A stretch of 64,000 bases of DNA from a virus, in the IMG/VR virus record IMGVR_UViG_3300032116_000031, positions 72,215-136,214 of that record. One strand, written 5' to 3'. Below, piece after piece: positions 21,601 through 31,269 of this stretch (position 1 is the stretch's first letter; each line of letters opens with the position of its first letter). Both the position numbers and the translations under genes were made by a program. Below the pieces are notes generated by a model. It made no database searches, was not told the DNA's origin, and saw only the letters and a program-made list of their open reading frames with translations.

Positions 21601-22191
21601 ATATTCGCTAGCTATTTGACCAGCGTTATTACTTAAATTTCTTCTAAAATGGTCACTCAATGCCTCTGAACCTATAAGACCTAACTTGGTATCAGTAGTC
21701 TTCAATCCGTTGAATATAGACAAAGTATCAAATATTGTAGAAGTAGATTGAACCCTTCTGATATACTCTAAATAATCAGTTTCTTGTTCTTCAAATGGTG
21801 GGCAAGGTTCTAATCCTATAAATTGATATTCAGGATTAGCGTATAAATTACAAGGGATAATATCTCTATAAAAACCTTCAGAAACATCAGATATTGAAGG
21901 CATATCTATAACGGATATATCTCCAAAATCAACGCTCCTAACTTCAAATATATCAGGTCTAGTTAAGTTTAAATCATATAAATCATCTAAATAATTAGCA
22001 CCTATTTCCAAAGGATCAGGAGAATAGTTTAAGGGGTTTCCATTAAAAGGAATACGTGCTTCTTCAAAGAAACCATCAAGATCATATTGTGTATCAATAT
22101 TCTTTTTTGCTTCTGAAGTAGGATATAATATTTTGCTTTTATCTTCTTCCCTCTTATTTGTAGCTATTAAATCTAACAGAGTTTTGCACAT
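18685..22191 (-). CDS. Baseplate/tail structural protein with internal OmpA-like domain
   Basis: WFPPYDLTFSE...W....FIGRGE..Y.YNNT.R module; IYFPNN...GSAS...NYKLS.DRA...RRAEI OmpA-like segment. Confidence 0.6.
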   Translation of the reverse strand: MCKTLLDLIATNKREEDKSKILYPTSEAKKNIDTQYDLDGFFEEARIPFNGNPLNYSPDPLEIGANYLDDLYDLNLTRPDIFEVRSVDFGDISVIDMPSISDVSEGFYRDIIPCNLYANPEYQFIGLEPCPPFEEQETDYLEYIRRVQSTSTIFDTLSIFNGLKTTDTKLGLIGSEALSDHFRRNLSNNAGQIASEYLQTSPFRLLQDGNPLRLPYDITVPKSAIGKVGLFLEKLTGSYVPFSFLPDDAFNINRKSQFSQSEQTKILLEYTGAGQKEALYTHLRTLENENGYTPTLQNEKGEFIVKDNQYVYIGSDAPEPFTNLSDFNAETVVLEDFEFVTDKLGTQIKRFKYKETVYDPIYGVNSIIKNETVPNLISSSEDFFYNEDETKNAPFNKNNIAAVWDATTENKFNSKSLLFKTKEIVNSTRNNKVGPFISSVEKDFDIIQNGKQVKISRGDAVTAKAGWFVDEGPANEAYIVSKGDFFRVFTKERKHTKLNRAISSRGLFRENSKLSVLGDNGLLNFAPTYRSSTGANLKNYMFSIENLAWEGFTNGLEDCEKGTGDLLSGHKGRVMWFPPYDLTFSESVSVNWETHSFIGRGENVYSYNNTDRSGSLSFTMIVDYPAVVNKLRGERNEIWERYFKGDKSVIDEISRLKRKKSNIDILDENRKKTTKPKVKITTEEVKEEKQKEEAKVEEAIIKKGSSVVLTFINIYFPNNVSNIPPRNGDLRENAGYQSKYQLAGLDYTYYKDVKRDKTTGLAYDNRTNYFLNDDFFNDQYINDKFKDVFDTARILENTYIYVDFFGSASQALPLDTTNYKLSYDRAANARLWFLKKLNEYKENNDLGDLASFIIINEPLAVSDKDSPNTGDNVPRGNKAAVEARRAEIVISYGNEEKPVEVEEDKTVDDIIDDDNLDQDNDLVDSEPIVIEDENSDLMDMLADIRECDVFEYLETYEPQHLKTISEKIKYFHPAFHSMTPEGFNSRLNFLHQCTRQSRNIGVDGVDNITNLAFGRPPVCILKIGDFYYSKILINSMDIQFEGNDGIKWDLNPEGFVAPMIAKITLNIVFIGGQSLQGPINRLQNALSFNFYSSMNMFDPRSSTIEYVESKSEKGEDTSRYKVIDRMPVKNDAEIDREKITDTEQLKTFNNIVQKKVVSALTSNNGQID

Positions 22192-22247
22192 ATTCTCTTT
22201 ATTTCTTATTGTAATAAATAGAATAAGATAAAATTTACCTACTCTAT

Positions 22248-24146
22248 TTAAAATGGACCTGTGTTTCTACCGCCATTTGAATTAGTACCTTTAAATAAAT
22301 TTTCTATGTCTTGTTTAAATTTATTATCTTTTGATAAATCTACTTTTGTTGAAGGCTTACCATTAACATTAACATCAATTACAAATGGTGCACCTGTTGA
22401 GGATACCTGAATCTGACCATTAGTTGTATTTGTTGTTGTATAATTTCCACCTGTTTGTTGTTGGACGGCGTTTGCTGATTTAAGAGTATTATCTTGGGGT
22501 TTAAATGATGTGTCTTTATTTTTATCTTTATCTGTAGGTGGTGACATTATACCTAAACCTGTTAATGTAGCATAAGTTAAAGGATTAGTAAACAACAACC
22601 CTTTTTTAACAGTGTTAATAAAACCAGTACCCCAATCTTCATCTCTAACAAATTTACCCGCACTTTCAGCTGCCCCTTGCTTTGCTTTATTTACAGTGTC
22701 AATTCCTTTATATAACTTACTATCAGGATCCCTTAACATTTGATTAAAATAAAATACGCCGTCTTTTGCATTTTTAGTTTCAATCGCTAAGGTTTCTAAA
22801 TTATTAGAAGATTCTATTACTTTTTCTGCAAAATGTTGTAATTTTTCCACCATAGTTTGATTAGCTGTCGCTAAACTATCAAAACTACTTTTTCCTTCTT
22901 CTGATGTTACTGTACTTAATCTTAAAATTTCTTGTTCAGTTAAATCTCTAACTGCTTTCGTTTGACCATCTACTTTAACAGTAGCAACTCCTTGCTCAAA
23001 ACTAGCCATTCCAGCTATTTTAGTTGCATATTCTCTTAAATTGGGTGATAACGTTCTTTCAATAATATCTTCTTTTTTCCCTAATTTAGCTTGTTGAGCT
23101 AATTCTTCCACCGATTGACCCGTTATTTTTGATAAATCTCTTAATGTACGATTTTCCATAGATGAAAGGTCAATCATACCTGTTTGCTTATTTAAAGCAC
23201 CCATCCCTTTTGTAACTTCTGATAACTTTTCAGTGAAAGCCTCTAAATCGTTATTAGCGTCATATAATAAACTAAATGGATCACCCAACTTAGCAAATTC
23301 CCCACCTAACATTTGTAAACTTGCCGCAGCCTCTATCGCTCCTTCAGGGTCATAAACTTGGTCAGCAAAATTAGATATAGATTCCATTTTCATACCTAAT
23401 GCGTTAGCCTTTTTAACCATTTCACCTAATCCAGCTACACCATTCTTAAAATTAAATTTATCTATTAATCTAATATTGCTTTCAATATCATCAAATACTT
23501 TTTTAGTATTTAAACCTAACTTATTAACCTTTTTGTTTGTCTCATCTAAAAAATCAAAAGTATTTTCAATTGATGCACCGTATAATTTAGTTAACCCGAA
23601 TAATTCATTATAATTTTTACCTAATGTGTTAGAAATTTTAGTCATATCTGTCAATTCATCACCAGATAACATTATATTTCTACCGTAATTTTCAGTAAAA
23701 GTTTTATATGTTTCAGTTAATTCTTTTTGACCAAAACCTAAATCTTTTGTTTTACCACCCGCTATTAAGATATTTTCTTTGATTTGTTCTGAAAAACTAC
23801 CTGCTATACCTAATTGTTTATTAGCACTATTAACTGCTCTTAACGTTTCATCCCAATATTTAGTAGCACCAAAAGGAACATTAAATTCACTACCTAATTT
23901 AATGTTAAAAGTTTGTAGCAAATCGCTACTTTCAAGGTAGTTAGTAACAGCTTGTGCTCCTTTTAATTTTAAATAATCAAAACCATAAATGTAAGTTTTA
24001 ACAGCACCTTCAATAATAGGTAAAACTTGATCAAAAACGTTTGACGCAAGATTCATAGTTTTAGCTGCTTTTGCAGCACCACCAGAAAGTTTGCCTATAT
24101 TACCGCCTAACGAAGCCATGCTTCTAAATATCGCTGCCCATGCCAT
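22248..24146 (-). CDS. Tape measure protein
   Basis: Ala/Gly/Lys-rich helical protein downstream of the tube and chaperone genes. Confidence 0.7.
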   Translation of the reverse strand: MAWAAIFRSMASLGGNIGKLSGGAAKAAKTMNLASNVFDQVLPIIEGAVKTYIYGFDYLKLKGAQAVTNYLESSDLLQTFNIKLGSEFNVPFGATKYWDETLRAVNSANKQLGIAGSFSEQIKENILIAGGKTKDLGFGQKELTETYKTFTENYGRNIMLSGDELTDMTKISNTLGKNYNELFGLTKLYGASIENTFDFLDETNKKVNKLGLNTKKVFDDIESNIRLIDKFNFKNGVAGLGEMVKKANALGMKMESISNFADQVYDPEGAIEAAASLQMLGGEFAKLGDPFSLLYDANNDLEAFTEKLSEVTKGMGALNKQTGMIDLSSMENRTLRDLSKITGQSVEELAQQAKLGKKEDIIERTLSPNLREYATKIAGMASFEQGVATVKVDGQTKAVRDLTEQEILRLSTVTSEEGKSSFDSLATANQTMVEKLQHFAEKVIESSNNLETLAIETKNAKDGVFYFNQMLRDPDSKLYKGIDTVNKAKQGAAESAGKFVRDEDWGTGFINTVKKGLLFTNPLTYATLTGLGIMSPPTDKDKNKDTSFKPQDNTLKSANAVQQQTGGNYTTTNTTNGQIQVSSTGAPFVIDVNVNGKPSTKVDLSKDNKFKQDIENLFKGTNSNGGRNTGPF

Positions 24147-24185
24147 ATGTTATTATTTTTTTATAATAAATAACGGCCAAAAAAA

Positions 24186-24397
24186 TTATTCATTTTTCTG
24201 ACCGTTTTCAATTTTAATATATTCTACCAATTTTTCCAAATGAAATTTTCTTTCTAAAATTGGCATAGTTCTAACGTCTTCCCTTGTAAAATTACCATAT
24301 TTTACAAGTAAAAGTAATTCTTCTAAGAAAACTTTAACATAATCTATCGAAACATCAAATATTCTACTACATATCTTTATATACTCGGAAAAAAAAA
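24186..24397 (-). CDS. -1 frameshift extension of the tail assembly chaperone (GT-like product)
   Basis: The -1 frame is open from the T9 run at 24389-24397 to TAA at 24186: SEYIKICSRIFDVSIDYVKVFLEELLLLVKYGNFTREDVRTMPILERKFHLEKL... Confidence 0.75.
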
Positions 24398-25099
24398 CTC
24401 ACTTGTCAGTTCTAAACTTTGCTTTTTTAATTTCCCTGTTACAGGGCTTATAACTTCAATGTCTAAATCAAATGATGGCGTTACATCACTCATATATTTA
24501 ATTAGGTTATTAGCATCAACAATATTCATTTGTTTCACAAATGCAGAAATAACCATTTTATCTTTTTCGCCGTCCACTGAAGTAATCAAACGTTCTAATC
24601 TAATAATTTTACTTAAAGGTGCATTTGAAGACATTTTCATAGCAGCCATTCTAATTTCTATTTCATCTTCTCCAGTCATTAATCTAAAAGTTACTCTTTT
24701 CTTAGATTTAGGTAATAAAAAATCAAATTCATTATTTTCATTTGGTTTAATATTAATTTCTTTTAATTTTAAAGTTGTTAAATCAAAATCAGCATATTGG
24801 CCGTCTACCTCAATCCTATAAATATTATCCATAGTCACCCTTAGAAAAATAAGAAGTGCTAATCTATCGCCTAACAACATTTTTCTAGGTGCAATAAAAG
24901 GAGTCTGTTCGTCTACCATTGTAACTTTCCTTTCCAATAACTTGTCAATCATTTCACCTGAATTAATTAAATTAGGTGAAGTCATAATTTCTTCATCTGC
25001 TAATGTTAAATGATAAACTTTAACTTTTTCACATTTATTAGCATAAAATTTACCTTCAGAAGGTAAAGAAACTATATCGTATTTTGGTTCTGAAAACAT
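24377..25099 (-). CDS. Tail assembly chaperone / baseplate hub assembly protein
   Basis: LPSEGKFY...LT..DEEI.TSPNL...LLGDR.A.LIFLR; located between tube and tape measure; ends FFFPSI. Confidence 0.7.
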   Translation of the reverse strand: MFSEPKYDIVSLPSEGKFYANKCEKVKVYHLTLADEEIMTSPNLINSGEMIDKLLERKVTMVDEQTPFIAPRKMLLGDRLALLIFLRVTMDNIYRIEVDGQYADFDLTTLKLKEINIKPNENNEFDFLLPKSKKRVTFRLMTGEDEIEIRMAAMKMSSNAPLSKIIRLERLITSVDGEKDKMVISAFVKQMNIVDANNLIKYMSDVTPSFDLDIEVISPVTGKLKKQSLELTSEFFFPSI

Positions 25100-25147
25100 A
25101 TATTTTTATTTGTTATTTTTTAAATATAAGGAAATTAAAATAATTCT

Positions 25148-25187
25148 AAAAAAATGCCATAAACCGAATAGTTCAGTTCATGGCATT
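25148..25187 (-). terminator. Probable terminator after tail tube gene
   Basis: AAATGCCAT...ATGGCATTT stem with a T run on the minus strand. Confidence 0.6.
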
Positions 25188-25211
25188 TCAATATAATATA
25201 TGAAAAAAATA

Positions 25212-25706
25212 TTAATATAACAATACACAATATTGTGGTTGTATGGTAAAAGATAACTCCAAAACATCATCATTATCATAAGATAAACTGCCGCCAAAAT
25301 CAATTGATTCCGTTAAAATACAGTTTACACATAACCATTCAGAAATTCTAACCCCAGTTGGATCAAGTAATTCTAAATTGATTGTTTTAGATGAACCTAC
25401 ATTATAAACCATACGTCCAGTTACAGATTCAGCATGTAAACGAAGCCATTCGATTAAACCTTGAGATGTGGACGGAGCAATGAAATCTCTAACAGTAATA
25501 GCCATACTAGACCAAGTATATGAACCATTCACATATGTAGAAGTATTAATGAACTTCATTTCATTTGTAGTAATATTCATTTTAGGGGCATTAACAGATT
25601 TACAAGCCCAAGTTTGAATGCCTATATCGGTAGGGAATCTTAAAAGCCATCTATTTTGCTTTTTTGGTTCTGCTTTAAGTGGTGATGACAATAGTAAATC
25701 AGCCAT
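25212..25706 (-). CDS. Tail tube protein, T4 gp19-like
   Basis: EPKKQNRW.LRFP...G...W..M.IT.RD.I.PS.SQ.L.EW.R...ES.TGR...LDPTG. Confidence 0.85.
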   Translation of the reverse strand: MADLLLSSPLKAEPKKQNRWLLRFPTDIGIQTWACKSVNAPKMNITTNEMKFINTSTYVNGSYTWSSMAITVRDFIAPSTSQGLIEWLRLHAESVTGRMVYNVGSSKTINLELLDPTGVRISEWLCVNCILTESIDFGGSLSYDNDDVLELSFTIQPQYCVLLY

Positions 25707-25759
25707 AATTATTTCTTTATTTAGTTGTTTTTTATTTTATAAATATATGTTTAAAAAAA

Positions 25760-26893
25760 TTATCTAGCGTATCCACCAAAAGAAGCTAATAAATTAGTTA
25801 AACGATTATTGGGACTTTTTAAATATTGTAACCTATCATCTAATAATTTTTTTATAACATTTTCAATTCTATCGTTTAATTCAGAGTTTTCTCTTGCTAT
25901 ATAGGCTGCGATCAAAGCTAACATTTTATCTATGTTTTTATCTCCGCTAATATTTATTGCCACTAATTCGTCAGCTGTTCTTTTCATTACTGCTTTTGTA
26001 ACTAATGCTGCTGCACTACTTCCGCCTCCTTTACTAATTTTTTTATATTCTTCTGCACTAATGTTTTCCATAACATCTCTAATAAGAGCATTTGTTTTTT
26101 TATTAAAGCCTAATAAAAAATTTATAGAAAATATTAATCTACTCATATTAGCATTTGTAAAAAAACCTTCGTTTATCTGTTCAGGTAATTGTTGAGGCGC
26201 TGGTTGCTGATTTGGTAGCAAATTTGGTAAATTACTTTTAATATCAGCAAAAGCAGTATTGTTTTTAATTAAAGATGTAATTTTACTATCCAAGCCTTTA
26301 AACTCATTTGGAAAACTGTATTTACCACCTAAAAGAACATAAAAATATGTATACATTGCTTTTTTGATAGCATTATCTACTTTTTTATTTCCAGTAAAAG
26401 AGCTTTTAGTTCCAAAGAAAGTAGAAGTAGGTTTAAAATAAAAATAAGTTATAAAATCTATATAAAACTTATAAACTTCTCTTTTAAGTTTAGGTAAATC
26501 ACTATTTTTACCTAATGAATATAAAGCAATTGTTATAAATAAAGCTTGGTTATCTCCATATTTTTCTTTTATATATTCAACAAAATCATCATAATTAGAT
26601 AAATTGTTAATAAAAGTTTCATTTGTTTGTCTAATAAGTTCTTGTTTTTGATTTTTTGGTAACAAAAGAAATTTTTTAATTATCTCTTCTGGTTCTGCAA
26701 CATCAGGAGAATCTTTATCATTATTCGATTGATTCAATTGATTTGCTTTATTATTTTTTGGGTTATATACTAAATTAGTAGGATTAATTCGAGCTTCACA
26801 CAAAGAAAGAAGGTTTCCGACAACGTATTGTCGGAAAACTTCTTCTTTAACTATATCCTTAATTGATTTATTATCAGTTATTAAATTAAACAT
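25760..26893 (-). CDS. Hypothetical protein
   Basis: Long ORF whose ATG overlaps the sheath stop codon. Confidence 0.6.
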   Translation of the reverse strand: MFNLITDNKSIKDIVKEEVFRQYVVGNLLSLCEARINPTNLVYNPKNNKANQLNQSNNDKDSPDVAEPEEIIKKFLLLPKNQKQELIRQTNETFINNLSNYDDFVEYIKEKYGDNQALFITIALYSLGKNSDLPKLKREVYKFYIDFITYFYFKPTSTFFGTKSSFTGNKKVDNAIKKAMYTYFYVLLGGKYSFPNEFKGLDSKITSLIKNNTAFADIKSNLPNLLPNQQPAPQQLPEQINEGFFTNANMSRLIFSINFLLGFNKKTNALIRDVMENISAEEYKKISKGGGSSAAALVTKAVMKRTADELVAINISGDKNIDKMLALIAAYIARENSELNDRIENVIKKLLDDRLQYLKSPNNRLTNLLASFGGYAR

Positions 26894-29800
26894 TGTCAAA
26901 GCTTGCACTATTATTTGTTAATGTGAAACCAATATTGATTTGTTCTAAGGCCAATGTTGGTTGAATTAAAATCTTACCATTAAGCTCATTTGTTTCAAAT
27001 GCTCTTGGGTTGTTATCTAATTCAATTCTGAAGTTAATGATACCTCTTTCGTTTCTGATATTAGATAATATCGGATTTACAAGGCTTTCAAACTGTCTAC
27101 GAACTGTTTCATCATTTTGCTCGAATAACAAATTAACTGAAACGTCAGCCAACAACTGTCTGATATAGATCATCAATCTTCTAACATTGATTCTATCTAA
27201 AACTGTTTCTTCTATCTGAAGTGTTTTATTACCCCAAGTAGTAACAATTCCAGCATCTCTCCACATACTATTGATACGTCCTGTGTACAAGTCATCTCTT
27301 TCGTCCTGTGTTGGATTTTTAACAACATCTACGAAGATACTACCACCACGTCTTTTACCGCTAGGTGCGAACCAAACTCTTGAAATTCTATCATTCACGG
27401 CGTAGATGCGAGGCATATCAACACTTGCAGGAACATAAACGTAAGTATTGTTTTCCAAATCGTTATAGATACAATCATAAGCATATGTAGCGGCAAATGA
27501 AGTAGAATATAAACCATCTAATCTATCAGCCAAGAATTTAGCACTGTAAGGAACGCCGTCCACATCCCTAGAAGGAGTATCAGCAATATAGAAAGCATCA
27601 CAACGAACTTCCTCCAACATTTCAATCATTTCTTCAACCAAATTAGAGTTATCAAAAGTATTGATATTAGGAGTAACAACTAAGTTATATTTAACTGCTT
27701 CTGGGTTAGCTATCGCTCTAATACCTTTTAGGTAAGCATAGTAATCAGAATTAATAACAGTTGAAACTTCGCCGTCGAAATCTTCTAAAACATAAGTATC
27801 AAAAGCGCTAGAAGCCAATCCTAAAATACCGTTAGTTCCATTTACCACATATTGATCTCCATTACTTCTGTTACCAGTAGTCAATCTGTGAATATCCCAT
27901 CCATCAAAGCCACCGTAGAAAGCCAAAGTAAACTTCCTAGCATTTAACTTAGCATATTGAGTACCTTCCAAATCAGCATCATTTCTGAATTCAGCGTTAC
28001 CAACTTGGAAAGACAATGAACCTACACCGTCAACAGAAGCAGTTGTAGCATCAACGTCAAGGTGGAAACCATCCGTTGTACCTGTAAATGAAAGTACACC
28101 TGAACTTGGTTGACCGTGCCAATCAAATAAATCTTGATCGTAACCATCATTACTATTTAAACCCAAGAATTCATAACGTACTTTATCGGTAGTTTCATAA
28201 TTGGTTTTGTATTGAATAGTAGGTGCAACCGCGCAATCACCGTAATCTACAACAGGGTATCCTTCGTAACCAGCAGGGAAAGCATCATAAACACAAGTTG
28301 CAGCTACATCTACACTTATATACATTGATTGTTGTGGATAAATATCGTTAAGAGCTTTACCACCAATCAATCTTGCAATATAATTATTGCTCTGAACATC
28401 CAAAGAACAGTTAGCAAATTGCTCCAATATTACAGGGTTCTTATCTGTATCGTTATAACTTCTTACCAATACATCAAACAATCTTCTATCAGGACGAATG
28501 TTTGTGATACTAATTTTAATATATCTATTAGAAGAATCACCATCGCCTAATGTTAAGAACTTAAACAATCTAACAACTTTATTACCACGTAATTCAGATA
28601 CAATATATGGGGTTTCTGCACCACGATATTCTTGCTTGTAATTCCATAAAGTAGTGTTATGGCAAATTGTAGGCTTGATGCAGTGGATTTTATTCAAAGC
28701 CACCATGTTATCAAACATTTTCTGATACAATTCAGAAATGAACAATGGAGAATCACTCTCACAGCAATTTGCTCTTACACCAAAAACTTTATTGATATAA
28801 TTTTTCTTTCTTGTATCCAATGATACAATATAAGAAAATTCAGCACCGCTAGTATCAGTTCCAGTTAATCTGAAATCATCATATGGCTTAATCATTTGGC
28901 CAGCAACTAATGGCTCAATTAAAATATTAGTGTTCTTAACTCTAAACTCTAACTCTTCATTTCCATTATATGAACCAACACTTCTTAAACCACAAACAAT
29001 CTGATTTTCGAATTCAGCAAGAGCAATTGCAGTTAATTCAGTTGCGCTACCACTTAATTGAATGGTAACAATACCAGAAGGAATCTGAATTTCAGTGGTG
29101 CTGCTTCCTGATTGGAATACAGGAGTATTAATTACAGTTGTACCAGTAACAATGGTATAACCAGTACCGTTAATTCCATTGCAATCGTATTCTACTAAAT
29201 TAGAACCTAATTCGCAAATTTTGTATAGAGTACCGTTTAAAATGTCGCCGTTAGGTAAAGTAATTGTACCATTTTGAATGGTGATGCTTTCATCGGCATT
29301 ATGTGTTATTGTACCACCTTTAATCACTATCAAACCAGCGCTAACAGGTTGTACTTCACTTGAATTTTGATCGACAATTACAATTGGAGTAGTAACTGTG
29401 ATATTCAAAGTAGAGCCAATTGTTTGTGTTCCAACACCAAACTGAACAGAGCAAGTTTCAGTGATTGAACTTTGATAAACATATCCACCTTGGGTTGTTA
29501 CACCAGTAAGACAAATATATTGATCATCTCTACCAGTAACAACAGCATCAAATCTGCTGCTATAAAAATTACCGTCACAGTTAGATACAAAACCATCTAA
29601 ACTAGTGTAAGATAAAGTAGTACCAGTAGATACGTTATAACCACCTAATGTATCAGCAGTTAAAAACCCTGCATCGAACATATCTTGTAAGGTGGAATTG
29701 CTAAAACTACCTGATGTTAATACACCATTAGCATATTGGATTTCGCCTGTGAAATTGCTAACAGCTCCTTCAGTAATAGTATTGGTATCAACACTACCAC

Positions 29801-30137
29801 CAACGGTAATGCCCCAAAGATCACCTGCATCGTATCCAGATAACCCCAATACCCTACAAACATACATTTCATTTGATTCTTGTAGGAATTGTTTTGCCGT
29901 ATATGCCCCTTGGAATTTTAATTGATTCGTATTTTTGTATTTACAAGGATTCAATGAACCGAATTTAGCAGAAAATTCGTTATAGTTAGAAACCCTTGTT
30001 ATATCAAAAGCCGAACCGTATTCAAATTCACCCATAATCATCAATTTGGTTAAAGCAAATTGACGTTGTGTTGTAAAACTTAAATCACGCTCGGTAAAAT
30101 TAACAGAAGGTGAAACTCTTATTCTATTATTTGCCAT
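26886..30137 (-). CDS. Contractile tail sheath protein, gp18-like
   Basis: SPSV.F.ERDLS N-terminus; WFAPSG..RG and WGNKTLQ....LDRINVRRL C-terminus. Confidence 0.93.
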   Translation of the reverse strand: MANNRIRVSPSVNFTERDLSFTTQRQFALTKLMIMGEFEYGSAFDITRVSNYNEFSAKFGSLNPCKYKNTNQLKFQGAYTAKQFLQESNEMYVCRVLGLSGYDAGDLWGITVGGSVDTNTITEGAVSNFTGEIQYANGVLTSGSFSNSTLQDMFDAGFLTADTLGGYNVSTGTTLSYTSLDGFVSNCDGNFYSSRFDAVVTGRDDQYICLTGVTTQGGYVYQSSITETCSVQFGVGTQTIGSTLNITVTTPIVIVDQNSSEVQPVSAGLIVIKGGTITHNADESITIQNGTITLPNGDILNGTLYKICELGSNLVEYDCNGINGTGYTIVTGTTVINTPVFQSGSSTTEIQIPSGIVTIQLSGSATELTAIALAEFENQIVCGLRSVGSYNGNEELEFRVKNTNILIEPLVAGQMIKPYDDFRLTGTDTSGAEFSYIVSLDTRKKNYINKVFGVRANCCESDSPLFISELYQKMFDNMVALNKIHCIKPTICHNTTLWNYKQEYRGAETPYIVSELRGNKVVRLFKFLTLGDGDSSNRYIKISITNIRPDRRLFDVLVRSYNDTDKNPVILEQFANCSLDVQSNNYIARLIGGKALNDIYPQQSMYISVDVAATCVYDAFPAGYEGYPVVDYGDCAVAPTIQYKTNYETTDKVRYEFLGLNSNDGYDQDLFDWHGQPSSGVLSFTGTTDGFHLDVDATTASVDGVGSLSFQVGNAEFRNDADLEGTQYAKLNARKFTLAFYGGFDGWDIHRLTTGNRSNGDQYVVNGTNGILGLASSAFDTYVLEDFDGEVSTVINSDYYAYLKGIRAIANPEAVKYNLVVTPNINTFDNSNLVEEMIEMLEEVRCDAFYIADTPSRDVDGVPYSAKFLADRLDGLYSTSFAATYAYDCIYNDLENNTYVYVPASVDMPRIYAVNDRISRVWFAPSGKRRGGSIFVDVVKNPTQDERDDLYTGRINSMWRDAGIVTTWGNKTLQIEETVLDRINVRRLMIYIRQLLADVSVNLLFEQNDETVRRQFESLVNPILSNIRNERGIINFRIELDNNPRAFETNELNGKILIQPTLALEQINIGFTLTNNSASFDNV

Positions 30138-30183
30138 TATTATTTTGATTTTTATATAAATATGTCTTATATTTGTGAATTAA

Positions 30184-31269
30184 TCATAAACTTTCGCCAC
30201 ATAGTCTTATTTGAACTGTTTTCGTAATTGATTTATTATAAACTAATTTTAAAATGTCACCTATATTAATATTAAAAGGTATAGTTACAGGAACATTATT
30301 CACAAAATAACTTACATTATTTCCAGTATTCGATTGATTATCATATGTTACATTGAAGTCAAAAGTCATTTTATATTCGATAGTTTTATTTGATTTTTTA
30401 TTCAAATTAAAAACCAAACATTTACTACAAGAATCAAATCCCCCAACCGTTTCTATCCTACAAGGAGAATCATTTTTAGGCTCATCTCCTTTTATATCCA
30501 TCTTAATTGAATTGAACGATCGTTTTATAACATAATCGTTTTCACCTATTATGAATGCCTGCATATCTATCACATACATACTTCTATAATATCTTCTTTC
30601 TTCTATCTCTCTTTTATGGCTTTCCGATATATCATTTAGTTTAATTTCCATATTATGTCCAAAGACATTAATAGTGGGTGTGGTATTTCTCTTAAATAAA
30701 TTTAAAATCAATTCGTTAAACTTATTTATTTCCCGTAGACTATTGGAGAATAAATTAATTTTATATTGTAAATCGACATAAGTGGGTTCAGAAACCTCAA
30801 CGTATTCATATATTGTTTGCCCATTAATTACTTTGGGGATACGATATAATGGGAATGTAATATTTACTGGTAATACACCATTTATAGTATTAAGGTAAGT
30901 ACCCTTTTTTGCAGGGCTTTCCTTTGTTATAGTTATAATTGGTAATGGATGTTGACTTTCGCCGTCCAAATTACCCCAAGTCTGGATTAATTCAGATAAT
31001 CTTTGATTAGTGAATAAATAAACAGGTACTTTTTTACCATCTAATTCGAAATTAAAATTATCTACCCAAGTTTTAAATGAATTATCCAAATCAGTTATGT
31101 CTATTTTTTTAGGGACAAACAATTGATCTTTTACAACCTCTTGGGTTATAATTTCTGTAACAAGTTCATTATTTTCAACTAATTGTTGCTTAGGCACATT
31201 AGGCAAGTCAACCGCCTTATCTGCATAATTACTAGGCTTCTTTATTATTATTGACTTAGGTGGTTGCAT
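30184..31269 (-). CDS. Tail terminator / sheath stabiliser-like protein (gp15-like)
   Basis: P.ITI, P.YVDL.Y.I.LF....E.N.FNE pattern; adjacent to sheath. Confidence 0.55.
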   Translation of the reverse strand: MQPPKSIIIKKPSNYADKAVDLPNVPKQQLVENNELVTEIITQEVVKDQLFVPKKIDITDLDNSFKTWVDNFNFELDGKKVPVYLFTNQRLSELIQTWGNLDGESQHPLPIITITKESPAKKGTYLNTINGVLPVNITFPLYRIPKVINGQTIYEYVEVSEPTYVDLQYKINLFSNSLREINKFNELILNLFKRNTTPTINVFGHNMEIKLNDISESHKREIEERRYYRSMYVIDMQAFIIGENDYVIKRSFNSIKMDIKGDEPKNDSPCRIETVGGFDSCSKCLVFNLNKKSNKTIEYKMTFDFNVTYDNQSNTGNNVSYFVNNVPVTIPFNINIGDILKLVYNKSITKTVQIRLCGESL

